DNA of 64,000 nt from NCBI GenBank assembly GCA_036679645.1, contig JAZDCY010000026.1:8818-72817 (forward strand), read 5' to 3'. This stretch comes from Gemmatimonadota bacterium. Its GTDB lineage: Bacteria > Gemmatimonadota > Gemmatimonadetes > Gemmatimonadales > GWC2-71-9. This document shows positions 63,738 through 64,000 of the stretch, piece by piece; the first letter of the stretch is position 1; the number at the start of each line of letters is the position of its first letter. The position numbers were made by a program, and so were the translations under genes. The notes beneath the pieces were generated by a model. The model was not told the DNA's origin, searched no databases, and saw only the letters and a list, made by a program, of their open reading frames with translations.

Positions 63738-64000
63738 TTACCCAATCACCTCGTTCAATCCTTCGACGGCGGCCGCAAGCTCTTCCGACGCCACCCGCCC
63801 CAACTTCCTGCCGAGTCGGTCGGTGCTCAACGTGCGCAGCTGTGAGATCTTGAGCCACGAGCGTTTGGGCAACTTCACGGACCGCAGCTCGAGGGTAAGC
63901 GGGAATCCGGCGCGTTGCGGCTGCGACGTGATGGCCATAGCGATCACGGTGCCCGACCGGTGATTGAAGACGTCGTGGCTCACGACGAGCACCGGACGCC
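63738..64000 (-). CDS. MazF/PemK-family toxin (5' end outside the window)
   Basis: RPVLVVSHDVFN...IAMAITS...SWLKISQLRTLSTDRL. Confidence 0.92.
   Translation of the reverse strand, partial: RPVLVVSHDVFNHRSGTVIAMAITSQPQRAGFPLTLELRSVKLPKRSWLKISQLRTLSTDRLGRKLGRVASEELAAAVEGLNEVIG

Noticed and set aside
63727..63858. N-terminal extension of the acyltransferase overlapping mazF
   Set aside because: Alternative frame of mazF; ATG 63726 just after the mazF stop is the simpler start.

Overview
High-GC bacterial chromosome segment. The gene content (four Hanks-type Ser/Thr kinases, two large VPS10/BNR-repeat proteins, M6/M61/S9 peptidases, ECF sigma with FecR-like partner) suggests Gemmatimonadota, which is an inference. 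I found no rRNA, tRNA, CRISPR array, prophage or intact IS. Main modules: a cold-shock/translation cluster (DEAD helicase, csp, rpsU, GIY-YIG-like gene and a divergent small basic protein); a peptidoglycan-peptide operon (M15 D,D-carboxypeptidase, MpaA, fused SpmAB/Gate transporter); a cyclic beta-1,2-glucan synthase; and a soluble, tightly coupled phosphorelay (two paralogous GAF-GAF-PAS histidine kinases and a single-domain receiver) ending in a HisKA-REC-HAMP-like-Ser/Thr kinase fusion, which is the best candidate for an undescribed system. Hand reading also found a 33-aa bS22-like basic ORF missing from the ORF track, a DnaA-box-like cluster, several operator-like palindromes, and many genes with internal deletions or frameshifts (real decay or assembly error). 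All family calls come from motif recognition; no searches were run.
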